Shown: positions 55,001 through 64,000 of the stretch, one piece after another
Position numbering within the stretch: position 1 is the first letter of the stretch
Layout: the number at the start of each line of letters is the position of its first letter
Assembly (NCBI GenBank): GCA_951406725.2
Contig: OX597818.1
Location: forward strand, 51,708,001-51,772,000
From: Octopus vulgaris
Lineage: Eukaryota
Direction: 5' to 3'
DNA: 64,000 nucleotides
Made by a program: the position numbers and the translations under genes
Notes under the pieces: generated by a model
Told to the model about the DNA's origin: nothing
Database searches by the model: none
Seen by the model: the letters and a program-made list of their open reading frames with translations, nothing else

Positions 55001-58000
55001 CACAAATAGCCAACCCAAAATAGCCAAATAGCCAAATAGCCAACCCAAATAGCCAACCAAAAAAGCCAACACAAATAGCCATAGCCAACCCAAATAGCAA
55101 TCCAAAATAGCCAACCCAAATAGCAAACCCAAACAGCCAACCCAAATATCCTAGCCAAATAGTCAACCCAAATAACAAACACAAATAGCCAACTCAAATA
55201 GCGAAGCCAAATAGCCAACTCAAATAGCAAAACCAAATAGCCAACCCAAATAGAATAGCCAAATAGCTAAGCCAAATAGCCAACCCAAATAGCGAACCAA
55301 AGCAGCCAACCCAAATAGCCTAGCCAAATAGCCAAGTCAAATAGCTACGCCAAATAGTCAACCCAAATAGCCAACACAAATAGCAAAGACAAATTGCCAA
55401 CACAAATAGCCAAGCCAAATAGACTAGCTAAATAGCCAAGAAAATAGTCAACCCAAATAGCCAGCAAAAATGCCAAGCCAAATATCCAAGCAAAACAGGA
55501 AACAAGCGAATAGCAAACCCAAATAGCCAACCCAAATACCCTAGCCAAATAGCCAACCCAAATTGCCAAGCCAAAGAGCCAAGCCAAATAGCCAAGAAAA
55601 ATAGTCAACCCAAATAGCCAGCAAAAAAGCCAAGCCAAATATCCAAGCCAAACAGCAAACCCAAATAGCCAACCCAAATAGCCAACCCAAATATCCTAGC
55701 CAAGTACTCAACCCAAATAGCAAACACAAATAGCCAAGCCAATTAGCCAACTAAAATAGCCAACCCAAATACCCAAGCCAAATACACAACTGAAAAAGCA
55801 AACCCAAATAGCCAACCCAAATAGCCAACCCAAATAGCAAACCCAAATAGCAAACCCAAATAGGAAACACAAATAGCCAATCCAAATAGCCAACCCAAAT
55901 AGCAAAGCCAAATAGCCAACTCAAATAGCAAACCAAAATAGCTAACCCAAATAGCCTAGCCAAATAGCTAAGCCAAATAGCCAACCCAAATAGCCAACCC
56001 AAATAGCAAACCTAAATAGGAAACACAAATAGCCAATCCAAATAGCCAACCCAAATAGCAAAGCCAAATAGCCAACTCAAATAGCAAACCAAAATAGCTA
56101 ACCCAAATAGCTAAGCCAAATAGCCAAGCCAAATAGCCACGCCAAATAGTCAGCCCAAATAGCAAACACAAATAGCCAACCCAAATAGCCAAGCCAAAGA
56201 GCAAAGCCAAATAGCAAACCCAAATAGCTAACCCTAATAGAAAACGAAAATAGCCAACTCAAAAACCCAACCGAAATAGGCAACCCAAATAGCAATCCAA
56301 AATAGCCAACTCAAATAGCCAACCCAAATAGCCAAGCCAAATAGCCAAGCCAAATAGCCAACCCAAATAGCCAACCCAAATAGCAAACCCAAATAGCAAA
56401 CCCAAATAGGAAACACAAATAGCCAAGCCAAATAGCCAACCCAAATAGCAAAGCCAAATAGCCAAACCAAATAGCAAACCCAAATAGCCAACCCAAATAG
56501 CCTAGCCAAATAGCTAAGCCAAATAGCCAACCCAAATAGCCAACCCAAATAGCAAACCCAAATAGGAAACACAAATAGCCAATCCAAATAGCCAACCCAA
56601 ATAGCAAAGCCAAATAGCCAACTCAAATAGCAAACCAAAAATAGCTAACACAAATAGCTAAGCCAAATAGCCAAGCCAAATAGCCACGCCAAATAGTCAG
56701 CCCAAATAGCAAACACAAATAGCCAACCCAAATAGCCAAGCCAAAGAGCAAAGCCAAATAGCAAACCCAAATAGCTAACCCTAATAGAAAACGAAAATAG
56801 CCAACTCAAAAACCCAACCGAAATAGGCAACCCAAATAGCAATCCACAAATAGCCAACTCAAATAGCCAACCCAAATAGCCAACTCAAATAGCCAACCGA
56901 AATAGCCAAGCCAAATAGCCAAGTCAAATAGCCAGGCCAAATAGTCAACCCAAATAGCCAACCCAAATAGCCTAGCCAAATAGCTAAGCCAAATAGCTAA
57001 CCCAAATAGCAAACCTAAATAGCAAACCTAAATAGCAAACCCAAACAGCCAACCCAAACAGCCAACCCAAATATCCTAGCCAAATAGTCAACCCAAATAA
57101 CAAACACAAATAGCCAAGCTAATTAGCCAACTCAAATAGCCAACCCAAATAGCCAAGCCAAATACACAACTCAAAAAGCAAACCCAAAAAGCCAAACCAA
57201 ATATCGAATCCAAATAGCCAACTCAAATAGCAAAACCAAATATTCAACCCAAATAGCCAACCCAAATAGACTAGCCAAATAGCTAAGCCAAATAGCCAAC
57301 CCAAATAGCCAACCAAAACAGCCAACCCAAATAGCCTAGCCAAATAGCCAAGCCAAATAGCCACGCCAAATAGTCAACCCAAATATCCAACACAAATAGC
57401 CAACTCAAATAGCCAAACCAAAATAGCTAACCCAAATAGCTTAGCCAAATAGCTAAGCCAAATAGCCAAGCCAAATAGCCACGCCAAATAGCAAACCCAA
57501 ATAGCCAACCCTAATAGGAAACGAAAATAGCCAACTCAAAAACCCAACCGAAATAGTCAACCCAAAAAGCCTAGCCAAATAGCCAAATACCATAGCCAAC
57601 CCAAATAGCCAACCCAAATAGCCAACTCAAATAGCCAACCCAAATAGCCAACTCAAATAGCCAACCCAAATAGCCAAGCCAAATAGCCAGGCCAAATAGT
57701 CAACGCAAATAGCCAACCCAAATAGCCAACCCAAATAGCCTAGCCAAATAGCTAAGCCAAATAGCTAACCCAAATAGCAAACCTAAATAGCCAAGCCAAA
57801 TACACAACTCAAAAAGCAAACCCAAATAGCCAAACCAAATATCCAAGCCAAATAGCCAACCCAAATAGCAAAACCAAATATTCAACACAAATAGCCAACC
57901 CAAATGGACTAGCCAAATAGCTAAGCCAAATAGCCAACCCAAATAGCCAACCAAAACAGCCAACCCAAATAGCCTAGCCAAATAGCCAAGCCAAATAGCC

Positions 58001-61000
58001 ACGCCAAATAGTCAACCCAAATATCCAACACAAATAGCCAACTCAAATAGCAAACCTAAATAGTTAACCCAAATAGCCTAGCCAAATAGCAAAGCCAAAT
58101 AGCCAAGCCAAATAGCCACGCCAAATAGCAAACCCAAATAGCCAACCCTAATAGGAAACGAAAATAGCCAACTCAAAAACCCAACCGAAATAGTCAACCC
58201 AAAAAGCCTAGCCAAATAGCCAAATACCATAGCCAACCCAAATAGCAATCCAAAATAGCCAACTCAAATAGCCAACCCAAATAGCCAACTCAAATAGCCA
58301 ACCGAAATAGCCAAGCCAAATAGCCAAGCCAAATAGCCAGGCCAAATAGTCAACCCAAATAGCCAACCCAAATAGCCAAGCCAAATAGCTAAGCCAAATA
58401 GCCAACCCAAATAGCAAACCTAAATAGCAAACCCAAATAGCAAACCCAAACAGCCAACCCAAATATCCTAGCCAAATAGTCAAACCCAAATAGCCAACAC
58501 TAATAGCCAACCCAAATAGCCAACCCAAATAGCCAAGCCAAATACACAACTCAAATAGCAAACCCAAATAGCCAAACCCAAATATCCAAGCCAAATAGCC
58601 AACTCAAATAGCTAACCCAAATATTCAACACAAATAGCCAACCCAAATGGACTAGCCAAATAGCTAAGCCAAATAGCCAACCCAAATAGCCAACCAAAAC
58701 AGCCAACCCAAATAGCCTAGCCAAATAGCCAAGCCAAATAGCCACGCCAAATAGTCAACCCAAATATCCAACACAAATAGCCAACTCAAATAGCAAACCA
58801 AAATAGCTAACCCAAATAGCCTAGCCAAATAGCTAAGCCAAATAGCCAAGCCAAATAGCCACGCCAAATAGCAAACCCAAATAGCCAACCCTAATAGGAA
58901 ACGAAAATAGCCAACTCAAAAACCCAACCGAAATAGTCAACCCAAAAAAGCCTAGCCAAATAGCCAAATACCATAGCCAACCCAAATAGCAATCCAAAAT
59001 AGCCAACCCAAATAGCCAACCCAAATAGCCAACTCAAATAGCCAACCGAAATAGCCAAGCCAAATAGCCAAGCCAAATAGCCAGGCCAAATAGTCAACGC
59101 AAATAGCCAACCCAAATAGCCAACCCAAATAGCCTAGCCAAATAGCTAAGCCAAATAGCTAACCCAAATAGCAAACCTAAATAGCCAAGCCAAATACACA
59201 ACTCAAAAAGCAAACCCAAATAGCCAAACCAAATATCGAAGCCAAATAGCCAACTCAAATAGCAAAACCAAATATTCAACACAAATAGCCAACCCAAATG
59301 GACTAGCCAAATAGCTAAGCCAAATAGCCAACCCAAATAGCCAACCAAAACAGCCAACCCAAATAGCCTAGCCAAATAGCCAAGCCAAATAGCCACGCCA
59401 AATAGTCAACCCAAATAGCAAACCAAAATAGCCAACTCAAATAGCAAACCAAAATAGCTAACCCAAATAGCCTAGCCAAATAGCTAAGCCAAATAGCCAA
59501 GCCAAATAGCCACGCCAAATAGCAAACCCAAATAGCCAACCCTAATAGGAAACGAAAATAGCCAACTCAAAAACCCAACCGAAATAGTCAACCCAAAAAG
59601 CCTAGCCAAATAGCCAAATACCATAGCCAACCCAAATAGCAATCCAAATAGCCAACTCAAATAGCCAACCCAAATAGCCAACTCAAATAGCCAACCGAAA
59701 TAGCCAAGCCAAATAGCCAAGCCAAATAGCCAGGCCAAATAGTCAACGCAAATAGCCAACCCAAATAGCCTAGCCAAATAGCTAAGCCAAATAGCTAACC
59801 CAAATAGCCAAACCAAATAGCAAACCCAAATAGCAAACCCAAACAGCCAACCCAAATAGCCTAGCCAAATAGTCAACCCAAATAGCAAACACAAATAGCC
59901 AACTCAAATAGCCAACTCAAATAGCCAACCCAAATAGCCAAGCCAAATACACAACTCAAAAAGCAAACCCAAATAGCCAAACCAAATATCGAAGCCAAAT
60001 AGCCAACTCAAATAGCAAAACCAAATATTCAACACAAATAGCCAACCCAAATGGACTAGCCAAATAGCTAAGCCAAATAGCCAACCCAAATAGCCAACCA
60101 AAACAGCCAACCCAAATAGCCTAGCCAAATAGCCAAGCCAAATAGCCACGCCAAAATAGTCAACCCAAATATCCAACCCAAATAGCCAACTCAAATAGCA
60201 AACCAAAATAGCTAACCCAAATAGCCTAGCCAAATAGCTAAGCCAAATAGCCAAGCCAAATAGCCACGCCAAATAGCAAACCCAAATAGCCAACCCTAAT
60301 AGGAAACGAAAATAGCCAACTCAAAACCCAACCGAAATAGTCAACCCAAAAAGCCTAGCCAAATAGCCAAATACCATAGCCAACCCAAATAGCAATCCAA
60401 AATAGCCAACTCAAATAGCCAACCCAAATAGCCAACTCAAATAGCCAACCGAAATAGCCAAGCCAAATAGCCAAGCCAAATAGCCAGGCCAAATAGTCAA
60501 CGCAAATAGCCAACCCAAATAGCCTAGCCAAATAGCTAAGCCAAATAGCTAACCCAAATAGCAAACCTAAATAGCAAACCCAAATAGCAAACCCAAACAG
60601 CCAACCCAAATATCCTAGCCAAATAGTCAACCCAAATAACAAACACAAATAGCCAAGCTAATTAGGCAACTCAAATAGCCAACCCAAATAGCCAAGCCAA
60701 ATACACAACTCAAAAAGCAAACCCAAATAGCCAAACAAAATATCGAAGCCAAATAGCCAACTCAAATAGCAAATCCAAATATTCAACCCAAATAGACTAG
60801 CCAAATAGCTAAGCCAAATAGCCAACCCAAATAGCCAACCAAAACAGCCAACCCAAATAGCCTAGCCAAATAGCCAAGCCAAATAGCCACGCCAAATAGT
60901 CAACCCAAATATCCAACACAAATAGCCAAGCCAAATAGCCAAGCCAAATAGCCAAGCCAAATAGCCAACACAAATAGCAATCACAATTAGCCAACCCAAA

Positions 61001-64000
61001 AACCCACCCCAAAAACCCAACCCAAATAGCCTCGCCAAATAGCGAAGCCAAATAGCCAACGCGAATAGCAAACCCAAATAGCCAACCCAATGACCCTAGC
61101 CAAATAGCCAACCCAAATTGCCAACCAAAATTGCCAAGCCAAATAGCCAAGCCAAATAGCAAACCCAAATAGCCAACCCAAATAGCCAACCCAAATATCC
61201 TAGCCAAGTACTCAACCCAAATAGCAAACACAAATAGCCAAGCCAATTAGCCAACTAAAATAGCCAACCCAAATACTTAAGCCAAATACACAACTGAAAA
61301 AGCAAAGCCAAATAGCCAACACAAATAGCGAAGCTAAATAGCCAACTCAAATAGCAAACCCAAAGAGCCAACCCAAATATCCTAGCCAAATAGTCAACCC
61401 AAATAACAAACACAAATAGCCAAGCTAATTAGCCAACTCAAATAGCCAACCCAAATAGCCAAGCCAAATACACAACTCAAAAAGCAAACCCAAATAGCCA
61501 ACCCAAATAGCGAAGCCAAATGGCCAACTCAAATAGTAAAACCAAATAGCCAACCAAAATAGCCAACCCAAATAGACTAGCGAAATAGCTAAGCCAAATA
61601 GCCAACCCAAATAGACTAGCGAAATAGCTAAGCCAAATAGCCAACCCAAATAGCCAACCAAAACAGCCAACTCAAATAGCCTAGCCAAATAGCCAAGCCA
61701 AATAGCCACGCCAAATAGTCAACCCAAATATCCAACACAAATAGCCAAGCCAAATAGCCAAGCCAAATAGCCAAGCCAAATAGCCAACGCAAATAGCAAA
61801 CCAAATAGCCAACCCAAATAGCCACCCCAAAAACCCAACCCAAATAGCCTCGCCAAATAGCGAAGCCAAATAGCCAACGCGAATAGCAAACCCAAATAGC
61901 CAACCCAAATAGCCAAGCCAAATAGCCAACCCAAATAGCCAACCAAAATTGCCAAGCCAAATAGCCAACAAAAATAGTCAACCCAAATAGCCAGCAAAAA
62001 ACCCAAGCCAAATAGCAAACCTAAATAGTCAACCCAAATAGCCAACCCAAATAGCCAACCTAAATAGCCAACCCAACTAGCCAACTAAAATAGCCAACCC
62101 AAATACCCAAGCCAAATACACAACTGAAAAAGCAAACCCAAATAGCCAACACAAATAGCCAACCCAAATAGCCAAGCCAAATACACAACTCAAAAAGCAA
62201 ACCCAAATAGCCAACCCAAATAGCGAAGCCAAATAGCCAACTCAAATAGTAAAACCAAATAGCCAACCAAAATAGCCAACCCAAATAGACTAGCGAAATA
62301 GCTAAGCCAAATAGCCAACCCAAATAGCCAACCAAAACAGCCAACTCAAATAGCCTAGCCAAATAGCCAAGCCAAATAGCCACGCCAAATAGTCAACCCA
62401 AATATCCAACACAAATAGCCAAGCCAAATAGCCAAGCCAAATAGCCAAGCCAAATAGCCAACACAAATAGCAAACACAAATAGCCAACACAAATAGCCAC
62501 CCCAAAAACCCAACCCAAATAGCCTCGCCAAATAGCGAAGCCAAATAGCCAACGCGAATAGCAAACCCAAATAGCCAACCCAAATACCCTAGCCAAATAG
62601 CCAACCCAAATTGCCAAACAAAATTGCCAAGCCAAAGAGCCAACAAAAATAGTCAACGCAAATAGCCAGCAAAAAAGCCAAGCCAAATAGCCAACCTAAA
62701 TAGCCAACCCAAATAGCCAACCCAAATAGCCAACCTAAATAGCCAACCCAACTAGCCAACTAAAATAGCCAACCCAAATACCCAAGCCAAATACACAACT
62801 GAAAAAGCAAACCCAAATAGCCAACACAAATAGCGACGCTAAATAGCCAACTCAAAAAGCAAAACCAAATAGCCAACCCAAATAGCCAGCCCAAATAGAC
62901 TAGCCAAATAGCTAAGCCAAATAGCCAACCCAAATAGGAAACACATATAGCCAACCAAAATAGCCAACCCAAATAGCAAAGCCAAATAGCCAACTCAAAT
63001 AGCAAACCAAAATAGCTAACCCATATAGCCAACCCTAATAGAAAACGAAAATAGCCCACTCAAAAACCCAACCGAAATAGTCAACCCAAAAAGCATAGCC
63101 AAATAGCCAAATACCCTAGCCAGCCCAAATAACAATCCAAAATAGCCAACTCAAATAGCTAACCCAAATAGCCAAGCCAAATTGCCTAGCCAAATAGCCA
63201 AGCCAAATAGCCAAGCCAAATAGCCAACCCAAATAGCAATCACAAATAGACAAACGAAACAACCAAGCCAGATAGCCAACCCAAATAGCAAACCCAAATA
63301 GCCAACCCAAGTAGCCAACCTAAATAGCTAAGCCAAATAGACAACCCAAATAGGCAAGCCAAATAGCCTAGAAAAAAATCCAACCCAAATAGCCAAGAAA
63401 AATAGCCAAACAAATAGTCAACCCTAATAGCCAACCCACAAAGCTAACCAAAATAGCCAACCGAAATGTCAACCCAAATAACACATCCAAATAGCCAACC
63501 CAAATAGCTTAGCCGAATAGCAAACCCAAATAGCCAACAAAAATAGCCAAGCCATATAGCCAACCCGAATAGCCAAACATAATAGCCAACCTAATATGCC
63601 AAGCCAACCGAAAGCTAACCAAAATAGCCAACCGAAATGTCAACCCAAATAACACACCCAAATAGCTTAGCCGAATAGCCAACCCAAATAGCCAACAAAA
63701 ATAGCCAAGCAATATAGCCAAGCAATATAGCCAACCCGAATAGCCAACCCTAATAGCCAACCTAATATGCCAAGCCAAATTGCCAACCGAAATAGTTAAC
63801 CCAAATAGCCTAGCCAAATAGCAAACCAAAATAGCAAACCCAAATAGACAAGCAAAATAGCCAACTCAAATAGCCAAGCCAAATAGCCAAACCAAATAGC
63901 CTACTCAAATAGCCAACACAAATAGCCAACCCAAATAGCCAAGCCCATTAGCCAACCCAAATAGCGAAGCCAAATAACCTAGCCAACCCAAATAGCCAAC
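40010..64000. repeat. ~24-kb satellite of 13-bp monomer CCAAATAGCCAA(C/G) with higher-order repeats; runs off the window
   Basis: Direct reading; the 13-aa (39-nt) periodicity WLFGLAIWVGYLG of the minus-strand pseudo-ORFs confirms a 13-nt unit. Confidence 0.98.

Noticed and set aside
39839-63829. Many hydrophobic 'WLFGLAIW' minus-strand ORFs resembling membrane proteins
   Set aside because: They are translations of the 13-bp satellite: all three frames give the same peptide, with scattered stops.
40010-64000. CRISPR array or telomere
   Set aside because: There are no unique spacers and the context is eukaryotic. The monomer is degenerate, is not TTAGGG, and has the wrong polarity.

Overview
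Eukaryotic, repeat-saturated, non-genic DNA. The SINE, LINE and microsatellite repertoire resembles a coleoid cephalopod (Octopus-like); this is recall-based inference and is unverified. No intact host gene is supported. Almost all listed ORFs are translations of (TA)n, (CAC)n or satellite DNA, or of decayed transposons. Layout: (i) 1-22.3 kb is a mosaic of microsatellites, three tRNA-derived SINE families, Dong/R4-like, Tx1/L1-like, RTE-like and Penelope-like remnants, non-autonomous Helitrons, two MITEs with TIRs and TSDs, and a ~364-bp unit carrying a decayed minimal hammerhead ribozyme (retrozyme-like). (ii) A 100-N gap at 22296-22395 is followed by a noisy inverted copy and then a near-identical direct copy (~29.8-38.6 kb) of 13.6-22.3 kb, probably largely an assembly overlap. 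(iii) A DD34E Tc1 transposase remnant lies at ~38.5-39.1 kb. (iv) From ~40.0 kb to the window end runs a ~24-kb satellite of 13-bp monomers (CCAAATAGCCAA[C/G]) with nested higher-order repeats. Coordinates of decayed elements are approximate and all family names are from motif recognition, not database searches.
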